Assembly: GCF_964204645.1 (NCBI RefSeq)
Contig: NC_134030.1
Location: forward strand, 10,933,947 to 10,997,946
DNA length: 64,000 nt
Origin: Tubulanus polymorphus
Lineage: Eukaryota > Animalia > Nemertea
Direction of reading: 5' to 3'
The translations under genes were made by a program, and so were the position numbers. Shown piece by piece: positions 25,282 through 37,899 of the stretch (the stretch's first letter is position 1; every line of letters starts with the position of its first letter). Under the pieces are notes generated by a model. It searched no databases and was not told where the DNA came from. It worked only from the letters and a program-made list of their open reading frames with translations.

Positions 25282-26206
25282 GTAAAAAAGTTCTTTCTAC
25301 GCTAGCACTAGCTCAAATCGGAAGAAAACCCCGGGTCCCGCATTTTCAAATATTAACGTTATGATTAATGCATATCTTCACTACAAATGTAAAATATAAA
25401 ATACCGTCACATCAGCGTTACTGTATTGAAACAAGAAAACTAACTTGAAAGATGCAGATATATTGCTTAATGTTGTCGACAATCAATAATACACAAATTA
25501 TACATGTGGAATATCAAGGATCAATAACGCTACGTATTCTGGAATTTAATATATCGATGATTGAATTGGATTGACCGGCAACCAAACTTGGCCTGACATA
25601 TTGATGACGTAGGGCACATCTTCTAGAAAATAATTATGAACATTTATCTAAAATAAAATGAGAGTTATGAAACATGTCTACTTACAAAAATTGCCAAAAT
25701 TCACAATTGTAATTGTTATTTTGAAACGCAAATATTGATGACGTAGTGCACATCGACTCACCTCATATAACGCATACTAAGGTATCAATGTATATAAACA
25801 GCATTGTAACGGTGTTTACGGCGTCAAAAATATGTTGGTGTTTTTCTACACAAAATGCAGTACAAGAAAAGGAGAACAGGCACCCCCAAGGGGCGTATAC
25901 TTGTAACAAAAAGCTCCAAGCCCTAGTGTTAAGAGTCAATTACGATTGTTCAATTTAGACGAGGTCGTTATTTGTTCGACGGTCAATTGAAACGCTTGAC
26001 GCGATTATCTCGCGGAGATCTCCTTCGCGGATATGGTGGACGTGACTATATGCCGTACCCAGATATTCCCGCTGCATTTCACTCGCTACGCACAAACCTC
26101 TTTGCTGCCCATTACACCGAACCTTTTTCTTCGAGAGAAAAGATTTGTTTTCGTCGTAGAAAGCCAACGCTTAGCTACCACCGTTACACAAAATATCAGT
26201 AGTATT

Positions 26207-26310
26207 CAAATAAAAATCCACAGTAGATTGTAGAAGCAGTTTATTTCCTAACAGTTTCTAAACTGTTAGGAAATAAACTCCTTCTACAATTTACTGTGGG
26301 TTTTTATTTG
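26207..26310. repeat. Near-perfect palindrome, ~51-bp arms, 2-nt spacer
   Basis: caaataaaaatccacagtagattgtagaagcagtttatttcctaacagttt-ct-aaactgttaggaaataaactccttctacaatttactgtgggtttttatttg. Confidence 0.9.
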
Positions 26311-26742
26311 TTAACTGTACTGAGATTGATATCAGTTCATTACAGTCATCAGTAGTATTACCCCAATACCGACGTTCATAGAAACCTAGCGTATCAGTTC
26401 AACAAAACAGCCATTTGTACTCGCGACCCCGCCGATAGCTTTCTATGACGCATGGAGTAACGGGAAAAGAATTCGGAATATTATCTAATTAACTAAAGAG
26501 AGTGTGATAGTTATCCGATTTCTAGTTATAATCCATCCTTTCTCCAGTATATACCAGAGGACAAAAATGTCGTTAATATAGAAACTGAACGCCTCCCCGG
26601 TGAACACAAAACACAATCAACTCGAGTGCTTTTTCAGTTTTATTAAAGATAATGAGCTTCTCACGTTCGCGCATACGAAATGAAGGTTGCAACAGCGTTA
26701 TTTGATCTGTTTTGACCATGATTATTTCTTATTTTAAGTTGT

Positions 26743-26848
<106 letters not shown>

Positions 26849-28547
26849 TGGTCCCTGGTGGCGGCTGCATACGTCTTGGTCGACTAGCTTCTTTTCTGGC
26901 CTACCTCCCAATAAGTGGAGAAAAGAATTCTCGAACCTAAGTTACGTTCAGTGGCTAGAGTATGGGACAATAATTGTCCCATATAGGTTTTGTTAGAAAA
27001 GTTTTGTTAGGTTATAGTCCCCGCATTGAATTGAAATGTATAAATATATGTGGACGCTACCTTGAATCGGTAAGTAATTGCGATAACGATGCAATCATAA
27101 TTTGAGACGATACTTTTCATGTCAATTCATCATGTCTGTGATTGTGTAGGTAAATTCAGGGTTACGAATCGTCAGATTTCAATGTTAACATGCACCGGAT
27201 GAAATATTCATTCTTGCTTCGTTTAATTGATTGACGTCCACTGCCTCCCGAAAACAATTACTTAAATGCTTTTTCACCTTGATTGAAATTCCTAAAGGAA
27301 GCAGATCTTTTTTAAACCGTTTGAATATAATGAACAATGTTACGATCCCGCCGATGTCGCTCTCGACTCTCACGAGAACGGAGATAGGAATAGGAACAAA
27401 TCCCGTGATAACAGAACAAGTAATTATACACGACTTATGTAAGTCGAAAAGTCGACTTTTTAAACTGGAACTAAAATGTTGTTGGCCGCATTGCTCTTCC
27501 GTAGATAAATGAATCGTAGGAAACTGTTGGTTTAAGTAACTCTATAATTTAACAAAAGAAGCAACCCACTATTATGAAGAAAACAAGTTGTGATTTCACA
27601 TACTGCATATTTACCATCACCTCCGCCCCCGCCCAATGTAACTGATCACTTTTTATGCTCTAGCTTCTACAGGCATCACATCTTAACCGAAATAGTAGAT
27701 CAACAATAAATGAAGTACTTTGTTTATTGTGGGATTTTACTATTATTATCGTTTTATCACGGATATTGTGAGCTACAACCGACTAAAAAAAGTAACCATG
27801 TCGATACCTTTGTTTTAATTTTAACATATTGCCCTTGTATAATCATTCAGTTTTGAAAATGGCTCGTAGGTTTTTACCTCAATTGTCATAGAAAACTTGT
27901 CTTCAACAGTGTAAATTCTAGTAATTTCTCAGTTCCAGTAAACGCGTCACATGCACGAAGTTTTGTCTGGCTCGCGCGCTGTGATAGGATTTTCTCTCAT
28001 TTTGCTAATCAAATAATCAATTACCCTGGATTATTTCAGGCTATTATCTTGACTTTACTCGAGTGGCGACGAACTTCATTGAACGATCGGTGGTTCTAGA
28101 AAGGGATTTTGCATAAAATTGTGCGGCATGATACGGGCTATTGTATTCGCCTCGTTTGCTGTCTTTTCACATCATGCTAATGCGGCCGGGCCAGTGGCAC
28201 GCGTGTACCGAATCCATCATGGATTTGTCGTTCTATTCACGGACTAGAACTGATCTTTTGTGTTCGTTTTGAAAGTTCATTTGGAAAACGCCGCAGATTT
28301 TAAGGGTTTTTCTTTGTTTTACGCCCGTTTCAGTTCTGAAATGTTTTCTACTGATGGCTCTTGTTTCAGTGAAATAAATGTAGAAACAATTTCCCTCAAC
28401 AATTTCCCTAAACGCCTATCTTTCTTTTTATGCGTCCTTTTTATATAGCGAATGACTTATTGTTTTCGTTTTTGTATTCGGACTCCCTTTATCGTTACAA
28501 CACGGATATAATGTCTAATAAATAGTGATCGTCATTTTCTTCTTCAG

Positions 28548-28688
28548 GTTTTCAATATCCGACGGATTGCTCGATGAAACTGTACGGCCACAGTCCACAC
28601 GTTAACCACCCGCCTATACCAGAAAAGTTTCGTGATAACGACAAAATCGACAAATACACATCGAAGGATTCTTACCGGGAATTCGATC
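28548..28688 (+). CDS. ETV1/4/5: PEA3-family ETS factor, exon GFQYPTDCSMKLYG...PIPEKFRD...YREFD
   Basis: cattttcttcttcag| 141 bp |gtaagt, phase 1-1. IPEKF matches ETV1 VPEKF. Confidence 0.88.
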
Positions 28689-31000
28689 GTAAGTACATTA
28701 GACAAATTTCATTGAAAATATTGTTTCGGGCCAATGGTCAATGGAAGAGCCGCTGGAAGTTTGCTGCGTTTTACTGCTCAATAATGATTTTCTCTCCAAA
28801 AATGACCTGGGCCAATGACGCGCTGTTAAGGTTTGCGCACCCTCTAACTGGAACTGTAACTGGTTGGTACATCGTTCTATCTTACCATAGTCGTTTACGA
28901 TGTTCTTTATCAAATTTATCTAGATTCATATGAGGTAGGAACTGTACTAACAGCGAGAAACCTACCGGTTGTATGTAAATTACCAATGATTAGACGAATT
29001 ATGAGCTTACCGCGATGTAATCTAAATGAGTTATTATCATATTCAGTAAAACAACTTCGTAGAAATGTAAGAAATCGCCCTAGAACGACGTCTGTTGTTC
29101 GAATTTGTTTCGATAATCTTGCGAACTATTACTGTTGCATCGTAATCGTTATGTATAGCGCTGTCTTTCTTGTTTCAGTGTTGTCAACGGTTTTCAGTAT
29201 ACAGATTACTTGCCTCTGTTATGATAAATAGGTCTATGTCGTATGGTATTTACGTACGGCAGATGAATCGGTTTAATCTGATTTTCAAATATTCCTTTAC
29301 ACGCGCGTCGTACGGGATGAATTCTCGGGTGATTAGGGAAAACGTTCTTTCATAAACGAGAGACAATGAAAATAATATGAAAATCAAGCAATTCGCGAGC
29401 ATCAGGCGCCATTGTTGTCGTCGTGTCTTTAAAATAAAATCCCCCTGATGAACGTTCAGCATATGCCGATGCACAATGGAAGCCGTAATAACGGTCATTG
29501 TGGCCGTGTGTGAGACGCAATTTATTAACGAAGATCATTCAGTCATCGGCGTAAGACTGCAATAATAGGATTAATGATAATGCTCAATAAAGGAAGATCA
29601 AAAAGAAAAGTGTCATCAGAAGCGGGCATCGCTCTCCTGGTCTACGTGAAGAATTACACGACATGACAGGTGCGCGTTTTAATTGGCACATAAACCAGGA
29701 TTTATACGTGGTAACATTTCCAGTTCATATGCAGTTATCATTCGTACCGACGCTTCACCGAATTCACTACAGGCCTGCGCCGTGTGTGTATGTCTGGTCT
29801 GTGTGCGTAAACTGTAAGATAATTTTTCAGTTCAGTTGAAAACCAAATCCTTGCGATGACAGAGTCACTTTTCAACGTTCGTTTATCTCTGGTTCGCCTA
29901 CACAATGTTAGAAGAATACACATTGAGCCCATCATGACGCGGAATGTGGTCTTCAGCGGTTGGTAGATGCGAGGGCGGACCCAGGATTTTTGGAAGGGGG
30001 GACCATTCATAATTCTTTGTAAATTGAAGAAAAAAGTTTTGAGGGCACCTCAAAAAATTAAGGGGAGCACTAGCCCCGTGGTTCTCCCCGGATCTGCCCT
30101 CGAGTTACACTGATAGAACAAATAGAATATTCCAAGCTTCACGACTGATGACTATAGAGAATGATGCCTTTTCTATATAGTATGATCTCACGGCCTATTG
30201 GATATTTTATCTTTCAACTAGATAACAAGCTCCTGGGCTAGTTGCTCGAATTCAAACAAAATTTCGAGCGACTGGCGCTCGGAGAAAAATTGACACGATA
30301 CATTTCGCTGCTGGAGATTCCGTTCAAGCGTTGTTGTTAATGTATCGAGGAAATGGTGTATCAATCATATTCACTGCAGTTCGTTACGTTTTATCACCCG
30401 AGTTTTATTGATATTGATATGTCACGATTTTCCAGCCGAACTTTGTAATAACTATTTTCATTCATCTTAACCACGTCGTTTTCCAGTCGGTGGGCTTTTC
30501 TAAACGTTAGTGTCCTATTAAACATCTCAACTGTCGTAGTACGTGATTCTCCGACGACATCGGGCAGGTTCGCTTTATATTTGAAAAAAGCCCTGCGTCG
30601 CGGTAGGAGAAGTTACGATGAAATAAATGCTAAAATTGGGATCCACGTTTCGTAACATCGGACATTTTGAAGTTTCTTCTGTAGGGAATTCAGTTCAGCC
30701 TCCGTCGCCATTCGTGTCTGGAGAATTGTCTGACTTACCGCGCTTATTAATTAGCGAATCTTTTGTCGCGGAGAGATCGGCATGTTGTATGTTGTTTAAT
30801 ACCGTACGCTGGGGATTTAATTAGTGTCCTGATAAAATAGTTTGTCCGCGGTGTATGTGGCAAAAAACGATCGTTAATTAGGCCAGAAAAATGTACGCAG
30901 TCTACGTGCGAATGTTGGGAAGCAGATCGTCAACAAGCTGGGCTGGCACGATGAGCTTATAGATATGGGTTTGAATCAATGAAAGAAGAATGTTCATATT

Positions 31001-31267
31001 CAGGGGCGTTTCCAGGGGGGGGGGGGGCTCCGTTGGTTCTGGAATACCGTCGAGCTTTGTCTGAGCCCCTTGGAGATGCCGCAAAATCCAGGGATTTGAC
31101 GTAAAGGTGCCCGCGTTTGGCATGATTTGGCGTAGTAGGTACCACAGGTTTGATGTTAAGTGCCCCATTTTGCCGTGATTTGACATAAAAAGTGCCCTCC
31201 CCCGTAATAGTGAGTGCCGTTATACAACTCGGAACCCCCTCGAGCTAGGGCCCTAGATTCGCCCCTG
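31001..31267. mobile_element. MITE of the CAGGGGCG-TIR family
   Basis: caggggcgtttccagg / cctagattcgcccctg ends, with the poly-G subterminal run typical of the other copies. Confidence 0.7.
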
Positions 31268-34200
31268 TAATTCCCGATTGCCATGATGTGGCGGATAGCT
31301 TTCATGGATAGCATGGATAGCTTTCCGCTGCGGTATTGTCGAATGAGCATGTGCGTATATATTATAGCATCGCGATGTCTTCTGCCGGTGGATCAATTAC
31401 GCAACTTCGTGTGTTCGGGGCCGAGATGGAATTTCATCGCGTAAATCTCTTACGAGTGTTACCGACGATCTACCCAGATCACGATGAGATAGCAATGAAT
31501 CGAAACCCTAAGCCCCGACCATCCATCATACCGCATTAGACCAGTCGCCGTTAAGCTCACCGGCGACAAATTAGCCCTGGCGAAATCATTAACAAACACA
31601 CAGCGATCAGGAACGCGCTATTTGCCCCGTACTACAACCGAAGAAAGACGATATATGGCACTATATCCAGCCAATTAAACCAGCCGATCAGTAAAACAAT
31701 CAGAACAGTTTTAAGTGTGGCTCTTTTCTGACATTTGATAAAGATTGATGGCCACAGTAGTTGTGGACAGTTCACTTCATGCGTAATACACGGGTAAAAC
31801 ACATCGAATAGAAAAATACTCGAAGATTAAGATCTTCTGCATTATTTACCTCGTTGTTTGTTGATTCCACATTTCCGTTTCGGTAATGCTAATGATTCAG
31901 TTTCTGAATTTATTTTCGGCCATTCTTCAACTTTCCCTTTTCCTCTTCGCTATGTCCTGATTTAATGAGATATTTGTATTAAGCATTTGCTTTGTTTCTC
32001 CGTGTGTATACGATATAATATCATTTTCTGCCTCGGTGAGGTTAAGCGGAGGGATGGCAATTTCTATACAAATCTCTTTTCATTTTTCATTCAATACATT
32101 TCACAGCAGATTGGGAGTCACTGACTTCTATACCACTTAAAAAAAGGTTGAATTAAATCTGAACACTTGGCTTCGGTAATATCATCATTTTCCAATCCAG
32201 TTCATGTCAAGAAAATTATCTCTATGGCCTTCTCGGAGCTAGATTCATTTCATTCTTTGTTTCACGCCATGCGTATGATCGATTCCATGGCTCCATAGCG
32301 GGAGCAGACACTCGCCGTATGGTGCCACCAACACCCCCGGGAAAAATAAATGCCACCCTGTCAAACGGAGTAAAAGCACTGTGTAACAACGAAAAGAACT
32401 AATTTAAATCCGTGTATTACGCTAATTGTATCCTTAATGCCAGCCATAAGCTCAGATAGCACCGTGATTAGGCTTCGCCTTACCTATCCGCGTTCTTTGC
32501 CGCCGCAACCTCGGCAACGGATAACAAACTAAAGCACCGCTGCAGAAATACCGACCGAGACAGAAAGTCATCGAGAATAGATCAATTCACGACCAGAATT
32601 AACTAGCATATGGAACGCTTAAATGCCAAGTAACGACAGTTGTCGACGGGATTTTCGTGAACTATTTCGGCTAATAATAGGCTCAGTCGCCGAGTTCACA
32701 TTTATGGAACTTTCTGTTTTTCTTTGAAAAAGTAATTCGACATTGAGAATTATACTAAAACACGGCCGCCTGCAGGCGGGAGCAAAACACTCGTTCGCAG
32801 TTCAGTTGTTTGAATCTCCTAGCGGCGACTGCCTCGTTTAACAAACATAAAAAACCTCGCGAACAATGAAAACAATTTTCACGCCGCATTTACATGTAAA
32901 TTCTTACGAAGCTCGTTTCCCGAACAATATTGTGCGGTGAATTTCATCAAATGTTATTCTATTCGAAATACTGGTATTCAGGCGATTTCTGACGAACGCG
33001 CGCGGCTATAAGTTTTTGTTCTTTTTGCTGCTGGGTTAAATCTACAAATTCTTGTTCACGGGAACGATTGTCATACGAAGTATACGTCACTTCTGATGTA
33101 CCGTACTGAATAATGGCACGCATTTAGAAAACAAATCGGCTATTTCAGTCGAGTCTAGGGCCTTGTTTTGTCAGAATATGTTTTCCTGGGTTTTTTGTAT
33201 ATGTAATTATGTAAAAATAGGAATTATTTAGTTTTTTCCACATGTTTACCACAAAACGGAAATTGCGTAGCGAGAAATAAAAACTGAATTTGAAATTAGA
33301 GGAAACAAAAGAAAACGCCCGATTGGGCTGAATGACGTACGTCTTATGCGTCACGTGTGGTCACTGGTGTATTTGCCGGAATTAACGCTCAATCTCGAAC
33401 TGTGTAAAACCCGAAGCTGAAACGACACACTGAAAATGTAACCGGACTAATCTTCTTAAACCTCGCCGCAGTTTCGCATACTACCGGGCTCCAGAACTGC
33501 TGTACCGAAAACCGGGGGGAATCATATTTAAAACAATATACGCTCGATATTATGAGCTATAATTGATACGATAGGGATTCTAGATTAGTAAAACAACGTT
33601 TTTAAGCCGATTTCCAGTGAATGATGACACCGCAAAACGGACCTGCTCTCTGTGTATTCGATATTTCATGAGTCTCCCGAGTTATCCTTGCAGCATTCGA
33701 GCTATGACTCGCGCCATGCACCTGTGTTGGGGACTCGGGGATTATATGCATTGGTCATGTACACGATCTGAGCCGTGTGCCGCTCGTCGCCGAACCTGCA
33801 GGCACGGTCTCATTGAACTCGGTCTTCTCTTAGCTTCAATTAGTAGCCACTTTAATTAAAGCCGCTTGAAAGCATCGAGAAATGACGTGTTGTCATGCTG
33901 CAACTCGGGAGCCAGTCGTAATTACAATAATTACGATGTTTCCAGCATTGCCCGCATCACTGTTTGCAAATTAGACTCTCAATGAATAACATAGCCCGTG
34001 GCCGTTGACAGTGTACGGTTAGTGAATCGAGCTGGAAACACGATGTCCAACCATCTGGAAATTGTCAACGATCATCATGCGCATTCTTTGTTTTTACACG
34101 TGTGTATATTTAGTCTTCGCAATGTCCTCTCCGACCGCCTCTCGTAACAGGCTGTTGCCTGTAAAAGATCTTGAAATTATCATTTACCATTATTGATTAC

Positions 34201-35462
34201 CGAGGTTTGTACTTATTTCAATAGGTTTACGGCGTGGTCCTTGTTGTTGCAATAGTTTCCGCTCATTTTTTAAAGAGTAATTGCCGAATAATTATAGGGT
34301 TTTCTGCTGCACCCTCCCTCTCGAATCCACATCTCAGCGAAGTGCCACAGTACGTTTCTAATGGGTATTCTATGTCAGCTTCGAGATAAGTGATTGCCAC
34401 CTAATCGTTGTAAATCGTCGCCAGATAATCAAATCACCAACAACAAGATTATCCTTGATTGTCTGTTACATTAACGAATAAACCTTGTTAACTGGGACCG
34501 CTAAGTAAACTGTGTCTCGCAGCCACAATATCTCAAACAAAAAATACGGATACGGATCATTTGTGTTGGATTACATGCGCCATTACATGTCGGTCGGCTG
34601 ACCGTGGACTCTAAAACGAGGTCAATAGAAGGTAGACACAACTGCTACTGCAACTGGGCGTCGTATAGATAATTGGAAAATAAATTCCCGACGATCTGTC
34701 GTATGGCTTTCTTAAATAATTGACGCATAAACTAGTTTTATACGTCCGCGCTTTTAACCATAGACTCTAAAACGAATTTTAGAGTCTATGCTCTAATTAA
34801 GTAGATTCTTTAAATGTTGCTCGGCAGTCGAATGATAGATATTGAAAAGTTATGTAGATAGGACGGAACTTGCAACTGGGCGTCGTATAGATAATATAGA
34901 TAATGCGGTGTGGGGGACACTATCCGTATACTGAACATGAGCTAGATAATTCGAAAATGAATTCCCGATGAAAAATGAGAAATACCCGTTTCGATCGATA
35001 TTGATGTTATTCAATTCGTTATACGTGCCATAACGCGCTATAGAATCTGCCGAACGCCGAAACGTTCGCGGTATTTACACCAGATTTTACTGATTATCGC
35101 CACGGGACCGCGAGCGGTGAAACAAAAAATTGATACGCGTTTGCCTTCAGCAACCAGTAACAAAGAAGCTGGTTGACGCCTAAGATGCGTCCATGATTTA
35201 TGACATTGCATCATTGTCCGGGGTTAGTGAATCGCGGAATTATTAGATTACTTTGTACCACCTCTATTCATCGTTCCGCGAGACGATTTTCACTTAAGCT
35301 CTCACGCGCAACAAAAGACTGACGAGCTTCGGATCGGGATTGAATTAACTCTGATAATGGCGTTAATTTCTCCTCTGTTGCTCGTCGACTGCAATACGAT
35401 GGCGCAAAACATGTTCACCACTGAACACTGCACCTAAATTGTCTTACCTTTTATTTCTATAG

Positions 35463-35662
35463 TTGATACGAAAAATGGCGATTTCTGCAAAGATAATTAC
35501 ATCGAAAGGCAATACAGAGAGGGTTCTCATCCGTCCTACCAGAGACGAGGATCACTACAGCTATGGCAGTTTCTAGTAGCCTTACTCGACGACCCGACAA
35601 ACTCCAACTTCATAGCATGGACAGGACGAGGACTTGAGTTCAAACTCATAGAACCTGAAGAG
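35463..35662 (+). CDS. ETV1/4/5: PEA3-family ETS factor, first half of the ETS domain
   Basis: ttttatttctatag| ... GAG|gtaata. Encodes YREGSHPSYQRRGSLQLWQFLVALLDDPTNSNFIAWTGRGLEFKLIEPEE, diagnostic of the PEA3 subfamily. Confidence 0.98.
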
Positions 35663-36043
35663 GTAATATACCATTTTTTCGTTCGATGTCGTACGATTAG
35701 GGGAACGTTTAGCGAAGATGTTGGTGGGGTTACGCACGGCTCGTAAAAAGTGCAAGTTTACACATTTTTATTTGGGTTTTTTTTAATAAAAATAATAATG
35801 ACGATAATAATCAGACAAATTTATAAAGCACCTGTTTCAACAAAAATATGAGGTTAGTGAAAACTGCGTCTACAGTCCATACGCTTTACAGAAAAGTAGA
35901 TGTTTCAGAATGCGTTTATATCTGTTCAGTGAAAATCTTCACGGAATTATCAGATTATGTATCCACCTAATGGATAAGTTACATACTACAGATATGCATC
36001 TTGTTTGTTGAATCAATTCTTTATGGGCTTTTGCTTTTTCCAG

Positions 36044-36502
36044 GTGGCACGACGATGGGGTATCCAAAAGAATCGGCCGGCGATGAACTACGATAAACTC
36101 AGCCGTTCATTGAGGTATTACTACGAGAAGGGCATCATGCAGAAAGTGGCCGGTGAACGTTACGTGTATAAGTTCGTCTGTGATCCAGAGGCGCTGTTTA
36201 ATATGGCTTTTCCAGATAACCACCGACCCGTTCTCAAAATGGAACTACCGCGCGAAGAATGCGTCCCTCGCGAAACGCCCGTTATGTTCGAAGACTGTCA
36301 CGTGACCGTACCCCAAACTATTCCGAATCCGATTTGTCCGACTAGCACCGGCGCCCGTCACCATCCCCTCGAATACGCCAATCAGAGCCAGTCGACGCAA
36401 CACCCGGGCAGTCAGCATCATTTCAACCCATACGTCCAGCATCATAGTGTTCCGCAGCACATGTACCATGCAGGCCAATATATGGAAAGCTGTGTTTATT
36501 AA
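36044..36502 (+). CDS. ETV1/4/5: PEA3-family ETS factor, terminal exon (rest of the ETS domain and C-terminus)
   Basis: tttttccag|[62 protein letters not shown]...YMESCVY*. Nearly identical to ETV1 over the domain, with a similar Y.E..VY end. Confidence 0.98.
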   Translation: MARRWGIQKNRPAMNYDKLSRSLRYYYEKGIMQKVAGERYVYKFVCDPEALFNMAFPDNHRPVLKMELPREECVPRETPVMFEDCHVTVPQTIPNPICPTSTGARHHPLEYANQSQSTQHPGSQHHFNPYVQHHSVPQHMYHAGQYMESCVY

Positions 36503-36706
36503 TAAGAAAAATAATATAACGAAAAGTACCCCTCGTTAAAAAAGATCATCGCCTTATAATTCGCAATTCTTAAAGAGGCGTCAATTTGTCAGTAAAACAC
36601 GACGGTTGATTTTGTGTACTTACAAAAATGATCTAAATCCAGGTCTTTATCAAGCGCACATATTGGACATTTGTTATTAGAATATACCTGTCGTAGCTGT
36701 CTGTAC

Positions 36707-36838
36707 CAGGCCCGTATGCCAAATATGCCAGAAGTTGTTGTGCGAGGACAATCCCTCCCGCAGGACCATCTAACAAAATGTTCCACTATCAATAAATTCG
36801 AACCCCCACCTCCAAAGACATGGCTGGCTATGGGGCTG
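36707..36838. mobile_element. MITE remnant in the ETV 3' UTR
   Basis: caggcccgta(t)gcc / ggctatggggctg ends, flanks ctgtac / ctgtat (6-bp TSD, one mismatch). Confidence 0.6.
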
Positions 36839-37431
36839 CTGTATACGTTCCTTTATTTGATTCCTTCACCTAACGTATATTCGATCGGAAAATGGTCGAT
36901 ATTATACAACCAGATGCAGAGCTGATTGTGAAGAGGAATACTATTATCAATTGTATATCCAGAAAAATATGGGAGAATCATCTGTATTCAGAAATGAATG
37001 CATTGTATATTCTAAAAAAAACTTTTCATCTTTTATTGTATGATTCATTTTGTAGTTACTATCGACGTAAACAAGTATAAACAAATCAGATCCCAGAACC
37101 TTATAAATAGAAATGTACTATCCAGTTAATTGATATCTTGAAGTATGACATCACCGACCAGTGATAGCAAAAGCAAACCAAATAAATCTCATGTTGAAAT
37201 AATCACCTTGGTGCGTGGATGTACGAAAAAACCTTGCCATCATTTAAAAAAATGCATTATAACAAAAATAGAAAGATGTAGAATGTTCTAATGTATTGTT
37301 TTTGTATAGATCACGTGTATTTTGTATGTAATTTGCATGAATTGTACAGTAATAATGTTGTAATTGAATTACGCCTTCAAATTTGTGAATGGTGCTCCAA
37401 ATCAAAGTTAAGATTAACTCACGAAGGTATA

Positions 37432-37437
37432 AATAAA
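37432..37437 (+). terminator. Probable polyadenylation signal of the ETV gene
   Basis: AATAAA at the end of an AU/UG-rich 3' UTR-like stretch, followed by tactttgtgttg and T-rich downstream elements. Confidence 0.6.
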
Positions 37438-37899
37438 AAAGTCTAAATCATACTTTGTGTTGCATTATCGCTCTTTTTTTCATTTGGCTACAGGTATTTG
37501 TACTCCCGGGGCTATTGCGCGGTCGGGTGCAAGCGAACATATCCAATAACAATAATAACAATATTATAATCATCATCTAATATCGAGTCTAAAATCTATA
37601 TGAAATGTGCTCATTGGCTTTACATGATGTAGTAGTTTGTTTAAAAGCTTCGAACAAATGGGTCTAATTATGCATCTGAGAAGTTGTAATTTCAATACAA
37701 CGCAATCTAAATTCTAATTGTAGTACTTCTTCACTTCAAATCACGATATCGATACGGCGAAGTCCTTTAACCATCTCGGACAAAAATGAAATCGGTGTCT
37801 GACTTTCCCACGTATTTTCGGTTAACTCGGAAAAAATACCGATTATCGAAGATGTCCGAGTTAACAGTTAATTAGGTTTACCGCATTGGTTCAGTTTCA

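Noticed and set aside
34649-34971. Local duplication of tgcaactgggcgtcgtatagataat with a short insert
   Set aside because: A small intronic duplication with no coding or structural signal.
36245-36478. Antisense ORFs over real exons (also 53574-53939, 53869-54117, 61058-61354)
   Set aside because: Shadows of the ETV, SOST and GPS2 coding exons, with no independent features.
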